This document shows positions 8,598 to 17,479 of a stretch of 64,000 nt of DNA, piece after piece; positions within the stretch are counted from its first letter, which is position 1, and the number at the start of each line of letters is the position of its first letter. The notes under the pieces are model-generated. The model was not told where the DNA came from. It made no database searches and saw only the letters and a program-made list of their open reading frames with translations. Both the position numbers and the translations under genes were made by a program. Location: positions 188,884 to 252,883 of the forward strand of contig JAYFRF010000005.1 in NCBI GenBank assembly GCA_034926225.1. The letters are read 5' to 3'. The DNA comes from Clostridiaceae bacterium (GTDB taxonomy: Bacteria; Bacillota; Clostridia; Oscillospirales; QAMX01).

Positions 8598-9681
8598 ATT
8601 TGACGATCAGCTCAGCGAACGCATCCTCGATACGACGGCGCAGCCCGCCGACGACGCGGAGGGCAGTCTCCGTCCGCAAAAGCTTAACGAGTACATCGGT
8701 CAGGATAAAGTCAAGGAAAACCTGAGCGTTTTTATCGAAGCGGCACGCATGCGCGGCGAATCACTCGACCATGTGCTGCTGTCCGGCCCCCCCGGACTTG
8801 GCAAAACCACCCTTGCGGGCGTCATCGCAAACGAGATGGGCAGTCATATCCGCGTCACCTCCGGCCCCGCGATCGAGAAGGCCGGCGATCTCGCGGCTCT
8901 GCTCACAAACCTCGCTCCGCACGACATCCTCTTTATCGACGAAATCCACCGCTTAAACCGCGCGGTTGAGGAGGTATTATACCCTGCGATGGAGGACTTC
9001 GCGCTCGATATCATCATCGGCAAAGGTCCCTCCGCACGCTCCATCCGTCTCGACCTGCCGCCGTTCACGCTCATCGGCGCGACAACCCGCGCGGGGCAGC
9101 TCTCCGCCCCCCTGCGCGACCGTTTCGGCGTTCTTTTAAAGCTCGAGCTTTACTCCCCCGCCGAGCTCGAACGTATCGTCCGCCGCTCCGCCGAAATCCT
9201 TGCAGTCAGCGTCGATCATGACGGCGCGCATGAGATCGCCGGCCGTTCCCGCGGCACCCCCCGTATTGCGAACCGCCTGTTAAAACGCGTGCGTGACTAC
9301 GCGCAGGTGCGCGCGAGCGGGCATATCACCCGCGACGTCGCCGATATGGCGCTGCGCGCGCTCGATATCGACGCGCTCGGCCTCGACGCGACCGACCGCC
9401 GGATGCTACGTGGGATCATCGATATCTACGGCGGCGGCCCCGTCGGATTGGATGCCCTCTCCGCCACCGTCGGCGAGGAGGCTGTCACGCTCGAGGATGT
9501 CTACGAACCGTATCTTTTACAGCTCGGCTTTCTCTCCCGCACCCCTCGCGGGCGCTGCGCCACGGTTCGCGCATACGAGCATCTTGGCATCACATTTGTC
9601 GCCGCGGACCCACCGCGCGAGGAGGAAACACTGCAGCAGCGGATAGATGAATGGTTAAAAGCTTCCAAATCCAACGCCTAA
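8587..9681 (+). CDS. ruvB: Holliday junction DNA helicase RuvB
   Basis: Walker [12 protein letters not shown], Walker [26 protein letters not shown], and a winged-helix C-terminus. Confidence 0.97.
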   Translation: MAIEFDDQLSERILDTTAQPADDAEGSLRPQKLNEYIGQDKVKENLSVFIEAARMRGESLDHVLLSGPPGLGKTTLAGVIANEMGSHIRVTSGPAIEKAGDLAALLTNLAPHDILFIDEIHRLNRAVEEVLYPAMEDFALDIIIGKGPSARSIRLDLPPFTLIGATTRAGQLSAPLRDRFGVLLKLELYSPAELERIVRRSAEILAVSVDHDGAHEIAGRSRGTPRIANRLLKRVRDYAQVRASGHITRDVADMALRALDIDALGLDATDRRMLRGIIDIYGGGPVGLDALSATVGEEAVTLEDVYEPYLLQLGFLSRTPRGRCATVRAYEHLGITFVAADPPREEETLQQRIDEWLKASKSNA

Positions 9682-9767
9682 AACTGCGATTTCCCACCCC
9701 ATTGTGCATGTTGTACGAGAACGGACTGCCAATAGTATACAAATTAACAAAATATGAACACGCCCTC

Positions 9768-9796
9768 TTGACAAAGCGTAAAATACCGTATATAAT
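9768..9796 (+). promoter_or_regulatory. Sigma-A type promoter upstream of the sigH-like gene
   Basis: TTGACA (9768-9773), a 17-nt spacer, then TATAAT (9791-9796). Both hexamers are perfect consensus, about 20 nt upstream of the CDS. Confidence 0.6.
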
Positions 9797-9814
9797 ACGA
9801 GACAGACAGGAATC

Positions 9815-10438
9815 GTGAAGAAAATGCAGCCGACAGAGTTTGAGAAATTATCGGATGATGCTCTTTGCCGTTTGAGCAACACCGGCACGCGAGAGGCCGG
9901 CGAGGTTTTGGTAGAGCGTTATGCACGGCTTGTACGCTGTGTTGCGCGTCCGTTTTACTTGGCGGGCGGAGACCACGAGGATCTGTTGCAGGAAGGAATG
10001 ATCGGTCTCCTAAAGGCCATCCGGGAGTACTCCCCGGAAAAGTCCTCCTTCCAGACTTTCGCAGCGCGTTGTATCCGCTATAGGATTTATGACGCGATCA
10101 AACAAGCGCAAGGAAAGAATCAGCAGGTGCTAAGCACCGCACTGCCTTTGGAGCATCCCGGAACTGATGCCGAAGATCCGTTCGATTGGTTATCCGACCA
10201 TGAATCCGATCCGGAAGCGCTTGTAATCCACAGGGATGAGCAGCGGCAGATCGCCGCTGAGCTCGACGCACTCTTGTCCGGTTTTGAGAAAAGTGTCTTA
10301 TCTCTCTATTTGGAAGGCCTTTCATTTTCTGAGATGGCGCGCCGGTTACACCGTCCGGTGAAATCGGTTGACAACGCCGTGACCCGAATCCGCAACAAGC
10401 TCTCCCCGCGTCTTTCCCCTCGGGATAAGCTGTCCTGA
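9815..10438 (+). CDS. sigH: RNA polymerase sigma factor, SigH (Spo0H)-like
   Basis: PFYLAGGDHEDLLQEGMIGLLKAIREY...FQTFAARCIRYRIYDAIKQA is collinear with Bacillus SigH region 2. A C-terminal region 4 HTH is present (SFSEMARRLHRPVKSVDNAVTRIRNKL). The start is a GTG at 9815; the ATG at 9824 is an alternative. Confidence 0.7.
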   Translation: MKKMQPTEFEKLSDDALCRLSNTGTREAGEVLVERYARLVRCVARPFYLAGGDHEDLLQEGMIGLLKAIREYSPEKSSFQTFAARCIRYRIYDAIKQAQGKNQQVLSTALPLEHPGTDAEDPFDWLSDHESDPEALVIHRDEQRQIAAELDALLSGFEKSVLSLYLEGLSFSEMARRLHRPVKSVDNAVTRIRNKLSPRLSPRDKLS

Positions 10439-10574
10439 GAAAAAATGCCCCAGGCTTTACCGGGAAACCCCCGATAAGCAATATTAAGATGCCCGGCGTA
10501 ATAAAACCCCTGCACGTTCTTAAAACGCTCGAGGTTTTCGTCGATGGCACGACAATCAAAGAGAGGTTTAACAC

Positions 10575-10856
10575 ATGTACCAGGACAAAACACTCAAGTG
10601 CAAAGAATGTGGCGCTGATTTCGTTTTCACCGCCGGTGAGCAGGAATTCTACGCCGAGCGCGGCTTCCAGAATGAGCCGCAGCGCTGCAAGGCCTGCCGT
10701 GACAATCGCAAGAACGCTACCCGTGCTCCCCGTGAGTACTTTGTCGCCACTTGCGCGATGTGCGGCGGCGAAGCTCGTGTTCCGTTCGAGCCGAAGACCG
10801 ATCGTCCGGTTTACTGCAGCGAGTGCTTCGCGAAGATGCGTCAGCAACAGGGCTAA
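10575..10856 (+). CDS. Zinc-ribbon (CxxC-x17-CxxC, duplicated) domain protein
   Basis: 93 aa with two zinc-ribbon units: CKECGADFVFTAGEQEFYAERGFQNEPQRCKAC and CAMCGGEARVPFEPKTDRPVYCSEC. An AGAGG SD is present. Confidence 0.8.
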   Translation: MYQDKTLKCKECGADFVFTAGEQEFYAERGFQNEPQRCKACRDNRKNATRAPREYFVATCAMCGGEARVPFEPKTDRPVYCSECFAKMRQQQG

Positions 10857-10883
10857 TCCCTTTTCACATCTTTACAAGTCGTC

Positions 10884-10917
10884 AAAGCGCTCTCCCAATC
10901 GGGAGAGCGCTTTTTTT
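10884..10917 (+). terminator. Rho-independent terminator after the zinc-ribbon gene
   Basis: AAAGCGCTCTCCC-AATC-GGGAGAGCGCTTT followed by a T run. Confidence 0.8.
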
Positions 10918-10929
10918 ATACTTTATCGC

Positions 10930-11559
10930 TTACTGCGTGCACTGCGCGACGCTGACCTCATACGCTACCCGCGCCTGACTCTCCGTGCCGACGAGCTTGG
11001 TATACGCCCTGCTTTGCAGCCTGCCTGTAAAGGTGACACGCGTATACGGCTCCATTCCGGCGCAAAGGCGCGCGATGCTGCCCCAGGTGACGCAGGGTAT
11101 GTAGTCAAACCGCGTCCGGATTCGTTCTTCCCGGAGCCCCTCCGCCGATGCCGTGACCGGCGGTGCCGCGCGGTCCACCCGCAGCATGATATCCGTGATC
11201 TCCCGACCATACGGCGTGCAGCGGTAGATCGGCGGCTTGCAGATCACCCCGGTCAGGCTCACGCGGTTATCACAGGCGTCCTCGCAGCGTTCCAGCGACT
11301 TTGCCCATGCTGAAATCTGTAAACGGTTCCCGACAGGGCCTCGGTTGTTATACGAGCGCACCTGTCCGAACAACCGCACGCGTTCCCCCACTCTCATTCG
11401 CAGTACCATAGCTTCCGGCGCTATGATGTTCAGGACATCCACAGTGCCGGAAAGTCTTTCCACCTCCAGTGGAAATGTGTAAAAGATGACCCCGTGACTC
11501 TCGTGCGAAACAATCGGGGCGGCCTGAATATCGCCGCAAAGATGCAATACGTTTTCCAT
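10930..11559 (-). CDS. Tandem OB-fold, SSB-like protein (no acidic C-terminal tail)
   Basis: The N-terminus NVLHLCGDIQAAPIVSHESHGVIFYTFPLEVERLSGTVDVLNI resembles the clostridial two-OB 'single-stranded DNA-binding protein' family. A second OB-like half (NRVSLTGVICKPP...) follows. The start is trimmed to the ATG at 11559, which has an AGAAGGGA SD. Confidence 0.5.
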   Translation of the reverse strand: MENVLHLCGDIQAAPIVSHESHGVIFYTFPLEVERLSGTVDVLNIIAPEAMVLRMRVGERVRLFGQVRSYNNRGPVGNRLQISAWAKSLERCEDACDNRVSLTGVICKPPIYRCTPYGREITDIMLRVDRAAPPVTASAEGLREERIRTRFDYIPCVTWGSIARLCAGMEPYTRVTFTGRLQSRAYTKLVGTESQARVAYEVSVAQCTQ

Positions 11560-11702
11560 ATAACGTGTCCCTTCTTTCGAAATCTGCCGGCGATGTATCG
11601 TATGTGCTGACTTTCCCATTTATGCCGAGCTTTCCCAAGTCTCTTTTTCTTGACTTCTTTCGCCCTTCGCGATATACTGGTTTTATCAATGGAGGGAATC
11701 AT

Positions 11703-13046
11703 ATGAAAAAACTGCTGTCTGTTCTGCTTGTATTGTTGCTCCTGACGCTGCCGGTAGTCACCACTACAGTGGCGACAGCCACTGCCGCGGCGACTGATCT
11801 CGAGGCGTTTTGGACCGCGCAGGAATGGGCTGTTCTGCGCCTGACCAATATAGAACGTATGAATCGCAACCTGGCGCCGCTCACCTTCACCGCCGATGCG
11901 CTCAACGCCGCCCGGATCCGCTGCGGGGAGCTGGAGTCCGTCGTAGGACATACCCGCCCGGATGGCCGCGATTGCTTCTCCGTGCTGACGGATCTCGATA
12001 TCGACGCCTCCTACGCCGGTGAAAACGTGGCGGCCGGCCAAAGCGACGCCTACGATGTCATGCAGGCCTGGATGGGAAGCGAAGGGCATCGCGCCAATAT
12101 CCTCAATGACGGCTTTTCCCATCTCGGCGCCGCTTATCTTCCCGGCTCTCTCGGAGAGTCTTATCGCTCCTACTGGACGCAGATTTTCTTCGACGACTAC
12201 TGCCGCTTCTCCTCACTCCGCCTCATTGACGCGGAGAACCTGGTCGTCACGCCCGGCACCTCCATCGACGACATGCGCGTTATCGCGGAGGCGGAATGCG
12301 CTGTCCATGGGAAATCGTATCTGCCTGTGATCTCCCAGATGTGCTTTGGTTATGACCCGGACGTTACAGGCGAACAAACCGTCACCGTCACATTCCGCAA
12401 CCTCTCCGCCACGTTCACCGTCGAGGTTCGCGAGGATGCCTCCACATCCACCCCTCCTGTGTCATCCTCCGACACCATTGCGGTTTTTCAACCCGTTTCG
12501 GATTACTATTATCTTTTTGACGATGTCTCCGACGGCGCGTGGTATTACGACGACGTCTATTTATCCGTCATTTACGGTCTGGTTCGGGGCGTTACCAGTG
12601 CGGAATTTAAGCCCGACGATGCCCTGACCGTCGCCCAGACCTTGATGATCGCCGCTCGTATCCGCAACCTCTATGACGGCGGCAGCGGCAATATTTCGCA
12701 GGAAGGCGCCACCTGGTACTCGGGTGCCGTCACTTACTGCGTCGAGCAGGGGATCATCGCCACGGATGCCTTCGCGGATTTTACGCGACCCGCCACCCGC
12801 GCGGAGGTCGCCGGTATCCTGGCACATACGCTGCCCGGTACCGAGCTGAACGCCATCCGCAAGATAGATTCCATATCCGACGTCTCGGCCGATGCGCCCT
12901 ATGCCGATGAAATTTTCTCCCTCTATCGCGCGGGCATCCTGATCGGCGATGAAACGGGTGCGTTCCACGGGAATCAGTCGATTCGACGCTGTGAAGCCGC
13001 CGCGGTTCTCGTCCGCTTAATCCTTCCGGCACAGCGTATCGGATAA
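11703..13046 (+). CDS. Secreted CAP (SCP/YkwD) domain protein with an Ig-like region and C-terminal SLH repeats
   Basis: Signal peptide MKKLLSVLLVLLLLTLP. CAP block LTNIERMNRNLAPL...GENVAAGQSDAYDVMQAWMGSEGHRANIL. SLH-like repeats FDDVSDGAWYYDDVYLSVIYGLVRG, FTRPATRAEVAGILA and IRRCEAAAVLVRL. The start is trimmed to 11703 (GGAGGGA SD). Confidence 0.8.
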   Translation: MKKLLSVLLVLLLLTLPVVTTTVATATAAATDLEAFWTAQEWAVLRLTNIERMNRNLAPLTFTADALNAARIRCGELESVVGHTRPDGRDCFSVLTDLDIDASYAGENVAAGQSDAYDVMQAWMGSEGHRANILNDGFSHLGAAYLPGSLGESYRSYWTQIFFDDYCRFSSLRLIDAENLVVTPGTSIDDMRVIAEAECAVHGKSYLPVISQMCFGYDPDVTGEQTVTVTFRNLSATFTVEVREDASTSTPPVSSSDTIAVFQPVSDYYYLFDDVSDGAWYYDDVYLSVIYGLVRGVTSAEFKPDDALTVAQTLMIAARIRNLYDGGSGNISQEGATWYSGAVTYCVEQGIIATDAFADFTRPATRAEVAGILAHTLPGTELNAIRKIDSISDVSADAPYADEIFSLYRAGILIGDETGAFHGNQSIRRCEAAAVLVRLILPAQRIG

Positions 13047-13065
13047 TTTTCCGTAAAAAAATAAA

Positions 13066-13112
13066 AAAAGGCGAAACTCACCGATATTTCGGCTTTGAGT
13101 TTCGCCTTTTTT
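13066..13112 (+). terminator. Rho-independent terminator
   Basis: GGCGAAACTCA...TGAGTTTCGCC stem followed by TTTTTT, with an A run upstream. Confidence 0.75.
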
Positions 13113-13179
13113 GGAACACTGTCGTCCGTTATCTCGTCTAATGGATATGGAATATTTATATTGGAAAGGATGGCTTCGT

Positions 13180-14421
13180 ATGAAGCATCGTACGCCTCGG
13201 CTCTTATCCCTTTTGCTGACCGCAGCTCTGATTTCAGGCCTCTTCGCCGCCTGTACGAATACTGTCACCCCCTCACAGACCTCTACGCAAACCTCCGCCA
13301 CGACTACCACGACCGCGACGGCTTCCTCTTCCTCCTCAACCCCCCATACAACACGCGTATTTCCCGCGTCCTCCGTACCCACGCCTGCCACGTCAAAACA
13401 GACCGGATCGTCAAGGCCCGCGGTGACTTCGCAGACATCCGGTACATCCTCTGCCACGTCTGAAACGACCACCACTTCGCCGACCGATTATAACGCGGTT
13501 TTTGCTGAGTACGGCATCGAGCCTGCCGATGAGCTGATCCCTTGGGCATGCTATTTTGTGGATAACTTCCCGGTCGGGGAATGCGATGTCCGCTTCGTCA
13601 ATCTGGCGGACGGCGACAACCCTGAAATGCTCGTGACACACTTCCAATACGACGAAAACGGCCTCCTTATCGTCGATCTCTATCTATGTGTGATGGACAG
13701 CCGCGGCGTTATAGCAGCCACATGGTCCTACCGGCTCGAGGACAACAGCCGCGCACAATACTGCGCCGCATATCTCATTGACTTCGACGGCGATCCGGCG
13801 CTCTTAATGTACTACCGCCTGACACTCAAGGGTACCACCACGGAACGATATGACATCTACCGCTTCGATGAGGACGGTAACCGGATCATGGTCAGCGCAG
13901 AGGAATCCTCGTTCCCCGATTCGCAGGTCTCCGATACCGCGCTGTTTAAGGAAAACTATGCGCCGCGTCTGAAAAACGCTATTGTCGTCATCAACTTCCC
14001 CTCCCCGTGGCACGACGCCGTGTATTATGATGAAAGCCTGCCCGTGCATGCGTTTGCCAAGCAGAATACGCCCATCAATCAGCTCCGCCGTGAGGAGGAT
14101 AACTTTATCGCCATAACCTCCTACGCCATCGACGAGAAAACCTCCGCCGTTTCCATTAAGGGTTATACGCTGCGTTATGCCGGCGGAAAAGATACGTTTG
14201 GGCGCTTTGTTTACGACGCTACGGCGATCATAGAGTTTACCTGCCCGGGCGATACCGGCATAACCTATAAAACCGAAACCGGAGAACAGGCCTCCGTACC
14301 GCTTTTAAGCTTCCTCCAAAACAATCTCTCCGCCTTTGGTACCGTCATCTACGACGGCGCACAGCCTGTTTACCGGTTCCGGACGCTTCACGGTGAAATC
14401 GTCAGTATAACAGAGCCGTAA
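13180..14421 (+). CDS. Lipoprotein of unknown function with a Ser/Thr-rich linker
   Basis: Lipobox LFAAC after MKHRTPRLLSLLLTAALISG. A long S/T tract follows (TSTQTSATTTTTATASSSSSTP...). The remainder has no motif I recognise. The start is trimmed to 13180. Confidence 0.7.
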   Translation: MKHRTPRLLSLLLTAALISGLFAACTNTVTPSQTSTQTSATTTTTATASSSSSTPHTTRVFPASSVPTPATSKQTGSSRPAVTSQTSGTSSATSETTTTSPTDYNAVFAEYGIEPADELIPWACYFVDNFPVGECDVRFVNLADGDNPEMLVTHFQYDENGLLIVDLYLCVMDSRGVIAATWSYRLEDNSRAQYCAAYLIDFDGDPALLMYYRLTLKGTTTERYDIYRFDEDGNRIMVSAEESSFPDSQVSDTALFKENYAPRLKNAIVVINFPSPWHDAVYYDESLPVHAFAKQNTPINQLRREEDNFIAITSYAIDEKTSAVSIKGYTLRYAGGKDTFGRFVYDATAIIEFTCPGDTGITYKTETGEQASVPLLSFLQNNLSAFGTVIYDGAQPVYRFRTLHGEIVSITEP

Positions 14422-14432
14422 AGGCTGTCCAC

Positions 14433-14468
14433 AAAACGCCCGCGCTTGACAAAGGCGGGCGTTTTGTC
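14433..14468 (+). terminator. Rho-independent terminator after the lipoprotein gene
   Basis: AAAACGCCCGC-loop-GCGGGCGTTTT. Confidence 0.7.
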
Positions 14469-14475
14469 GTATACT
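14446..14475 (+). promoter_or_regulatory. Putative sigma-A promoter nested in the terminator loop and right arm
   Basis: TTGACA (14446-14451), an 18-nt spacer, then TATACT (14470-14475), upstream of the GH25 gene. Confidence 0.45.
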
Positions 14476-14512
14476 GACATATAAGAATGCAAAAGAAAGA
14501 GGATTTTATCCC

Positions 14513-15445
14513 ATGCCCACCGTTTCCTCCCCTCCAAGCGATCCCAATCGTACTGCCCGTCTGCGCGCACAGCGCCAGCGAGATCGGACGGTCATCCTCG
14601 CGGTTTCGAGCTTCGCCGTTTTATGCGTGGTTCTTGTCATCATCGTCGCTGTTTCCTTAGGCAGTCGGCGTGACCGTACAGTCACCGCGGCCACGGACAC
14701 CGCGGACGCCGACACCGTAATGTATATGGGGTACGCCGTCCCTATTTATCCGGAGCTCCCCATCAACGAGCTTGACTCTGAAGCCTTTTCTACGAAGAAT
14801 GACCTACTTACCTACGACGACGGCAGTATCATTTCACAAAACGGCATCGACGTATCGGAGCATCAGGGAGAAATTGACTGGGAAAAGGTTTCCGAGGCTG
14901 GCATCACCTTCGCCTTCCTGCGCATCGGTTATCGCGGGTATACGGAAGGTATGCTCTATCCGGATGCGCGCTTCGAGGAAAACTATGCCGCTGCCAAAGC
15001 CTGCGGACTGTCCGTCGGCGTCTACTTCTACTCGCAGGCGGTCACCTCCTCCGAAGCGAAGCACGAAGCCGAATATGTCCTCGAGCTGCTCGACGGCCGC
15101 ACGCTTGATCTGCCGGTCGTCGTCGACTGGGAGTATGCCGACGCGGATTCGGCGCGAACCGATGAGATCAGCGGGATGCTTTTAACTTCCATTTCCGACA
15201 CCTTCTGCTCTCTGATCGAAAATTCCTCCTATTCCGCAGCCATTTATTTTAACAAGGATACCGGTTATATCCAATACGATCTCGGCAGTCTTTCGGATTA
15301 TGCCTTCTGGATCGCGGATTACAACAGCACCCCCGTATTTTATTACGCACACGAATACTGGCAGTACTCCGACAACGGCACTGTCGATGGTATCACAGAG
15401 CCTGTCGATTTAAATCTCCGCTTTGTTGAAAAAGTAATCTCATAA
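14513..15445 (+). CDS. Membrane-anchored GH25 muramidase (lysozyme)
   Basis: N-terminal TM VILAVSSFAVLCVVLVIIVAV. GH25 signature GIDVSEHQGEIDWEKVSEAGITFAFLRIGYRG...GVYFYSQA...WQYS. Confidence 0.85.
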   Translation: MPTVSSPPSDPNRTARLRAQRQRDRTVILAVSSFAVLCVVLVIIVAVSLGSRRDRTVTAATDTADADTVMYMGYAVPIYPELPINELDSEAFSTKNDLLTYDDGSIISQNGIDVSEHQGEIDWEKVSEAGITFAFLRIGYRGYTEGMLYPDARFEENYAAAKACGLSVGVYFYSQAVTSSEAKHEAEYVLELLDGRTLDLPVVVDWEYADADSARTDEISGMLLTSISDTFCSLIENSSYSAAIYFNKDTGYIQYDLGSLSDYAFWIADYNSTPVFYYAHEYWQYSDNGTVDGITEPVDLNLRFVEKVIS

Positions 15446-15448
15446 GAC

Positions 15449-15490
15449 AAAAAAACCCTCCGATTCGAACTCGAATCGGAGGGTTATTTT
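15449..15490. terminator. Bidirectional terminator between convergent genes
   Basis: A run, CCCTCCGATTCGA-AC-TCGAATCGGAGGG, then a T run. It serves the GH25 gene (+) and oadB (-). Confidence 0.8.
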
Positions 15491-15504
15491 GATACAAATA
15501 AGTT

Positions 15505-16674
15505 TTAGCCGAAGATACGCAGCAGGAAGCCGGCCGCAATTGCGGAACCGATAACGCCGGCAACGTTCGGGCCCATCGCATGCATGAGGAGGAAATTCGC
15601 CGGATTGGCCTTTTGCCCTTCGATCTGCGAAACACGCGCCGCCATGGGAACCGCGGAAACACCCGCGGAGCCGATCAGCGGATTAACCTTACCCTTTGTA
15701 AGGGCACACATCAGCTTGCCGAACAGCAAACCGCCAACAGTCGAGAAGCAGAACGCGGCAAGACCGAGTCCGATGATCATCAGGGTCTTAATCTGGAGGA
15801 AATTCTGGCCGTATGCCGTCGCGCCGACGGAGAGGCCGAGCAGAATCGTGATGATATTGCACAGCGCGTTCTGGGCGGTATCCGACAGACGGTCGACAAC
15901 ACCGGATTCACGGAACAGGTTGCCGAGCATCAGCATGCCAAGCAGCGGCGCGGTATCCGGCAGGAACAGAACAGAAAGAACGGTAACCATGATGGGGAAG
16001 ATGATTTTCTCGGGCTTTGAAACCTTGCGGAGCTGCACCATTTTGATCTCACGCTCATGCTTCGTGGTAAGAAGCCGCATGATCGGAGGCTGGATGATCG
16101 GGATCAGCGCCATATAGGAATACGCGGCGACCGCGATCGCAGGAAGAAGATGAGGTGCAAGCTTCGTAGTCAGATAAATCGCGGTCGGACCGTCGGCGCC
16201 GCCGATGATACCGATGGACGCGGCTTCCTGCGGCGTAAAGCCGAGGAGGTTTGCGCCGATGAAGCAGACGTATACGCCAAGCTGCGCCGCAGCGCCGAGA
16301 AGCATGCTCGAGGGGTTGGCAATTAAGGGTCCGAAGTCGGTCATCGCGCCGACAGCGAGGAACATCAGCGTCGGATAGACGCCAAGCTTGACGCCGATAT
16401 AGAAGATATCCATCAGACCGCCGTCATGAAGAACCGCGGCGAAATCCACATTCGTTGCGTTGCTCCAAAGCTCCGGATGGTAGATGCCGGAAATCGGCAG
16501 GTTCGTCATCATCATACCGAAGGCAATTGGTAAAAGCAGAAGCGGCTCGTATTTTTTAACCACCGCTAGATATATCAGGACAAAGGAAACAAGAAGCATA
16601 ACGCCCTGCTGCCATGACATCTGTGCAAATCCGGAGTCTGTGAGAAGACGTCCGATGGTTCCTAAGACACCCAT
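15505..16674 (-). CDS. oadB: Na+-translocating decarboxylase beta subunit (OadB/GcdB/MmdB family)
   Basis: 389 aa polytopic protein. LLLPIAFGMMMTNLP, GIIGGADGPT and MGPNVAGVIGSA match the beta-subunit family. Confidence 0.92.
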   Translation of the reverse strand: MGVLGTIGRLLTDSGFAQMSWQQGVMLLVSFVLIYLAVVKKYEPLLLLPIAFGMMMTNLPISGIYHPELWSNATNVDFAAVLHDGGLMDIFYIGVKLGVYPTLMFLAVGAMTDFGPLIANPSSMLLGAAAQLGVYVCFIGANLLGFTPQEAASIGIIGGADGPTAIYLTTKLAPHLLPAIAVAAYSYMALIPIIQPPIMRLLTTKHEREIKMVQLRKVSKPEKIIFPIMVTVLSVLFLPDTAPLLGMLMLGNLFRESGVVDRLSDTAQNALCNIITILLGLSVGATAYGQNFLQIKTLMIIGLGLAAFCFSTVGGLLFGKLMCALTKGKVNPLIGSAGVSAVPMAARVSQIEGQKANPANFLLMHAMGPNVAGVIGSAIAAGFLLRIFG

Positions 16675-16692
16675 GTAAATCTCCTCCTTCGC

Positions 16693-17091
16693 TTACAGAA
16701 GCGTCAGGAGCAGATCATCCGTATTGACAGACGCGCCCTTGGTTGTGACGATAGAGCCAATCGAACCGTCACGCGGGGCGACAATTTCGTTCTCCATCTT
16801 CATGGCTTCGAGGATAACCAGAATCTGGCCTTTCTTAACCGCCTCGCCGGCAGAAACGCTTATCTTAAGGATTGTGCCCGGCATCGGCGCGGCAATCGGA
16901 TCACCCGCACCGGCAGCCACAGGAGCGGCGGCAGGAGCAGGCGCGGCAGCGGGGGCAGGCGCGGCCACAGGGGCGGCAACGGGAGCGGCGACGGGAGCCA
17001 CAGGCGTATCAGTGATGTTCACGATCTGCGCTTCGCCCTGCTCAACCTCGATCTCATAATCTTTCCCGTTCAGGCTTACACGATATTTCAT
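16693..17091 (-). CDS. Biotin carboxyl carrier subunit (biotinyl domain with an Ala/Pro linker)
   Basis: EAMKMENEI biotinylation motif and an (APVA)n linker. GGAGG SD. Confidence 0.9.
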   Translation of the reverse strand: MKYRVSLNGKDYEIEVEQGEAQIVNITDTPVAPVAAPVAAPVAAPAPAAAPAPAAAPVAAGAGDPIAAPMPGTILKISVSAGEAVKKGQILVILEAMKMENEIVAPRDGSIGSIVTTKGASVNTDDLLLTLL

Positions 17092-17108
17092 TGGTTAATC
17101 CTCCTATT

Positions 17109-17462
17109 TTACGGATTCAAGCATTTGATGCTCTTAAAGCGAAGCTCGTTGAGCGGAATCTTCGTCTGATCGGCAACTATCGCCATCAGCAGCGCTGCGC
17201 TCTGATCATCGACATCCCGCAGTTTGAGTTCGCCGGTAGTTGCCATGACCGCCGGCTTAGCCGCGGGAGCGGGAGCCGCGACAGGCTTCACAGCGGCGGC
17301 GGGAGCGGGCGCTCCCTGCTCTTTTTGAGCGGTGAAATGCGACACGGCTTTAGAAACCAATGTAATCAGAAAGGCAAGGACTGCAAGCGATACCAAAACC
17401 ACAAGCAGGCCGACTAACGAATACAAAAAGATTTCGCCGGTCGATAAACTTTCGATTTTCAT
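17109..17462 (-). CDS. OadG-family decarboxylase gamma subunit
   Basis: 117 aa with a single N-terminal TM (FLYSLVGLLVVLVSLAVLAFLITLV) and an Ala/Pro linker. The gene lies between the alpha and BCCP genes. Confidence 0.75.
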   Translation of the reverse strand: MKIESLSTGEIFLYSLVGLLVVLVSLAVLAFLITLVSKAVSHFTAQKEQGAPAPAAAVKPVAAPAPAAKPAVMATTGELKLRDVDDQSAALLMAIVADQTKIPLNELRFKSIKCLNP

Positions 17463-17479
17463 GAAGTAGGCTCCTTCCC

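Noticed and set aside
10098-11313. Overlapping 249-aa (-) and 274-aa (+) ORFs around the zinc-ribbon gene.
   Set aside because: They cross a strong terminator and intergenic DNA and conflict with motif-supported genes (sigH-like, zinc ribbon, SSB-like). They carry no recognisable domains.
9815-15445. A prophage remnant, suggested by the sigma factor, SSB-like protein, CAP/SLH protein and GH25 lysozyme lying close together.
   Set aside because: There are no integrase, terminase, portal, capsid, tail or holin genes. The genes are on mixed strands with their own promoters and terminators. The lysozyme is membrane-anchored like housekeeping autolysins.
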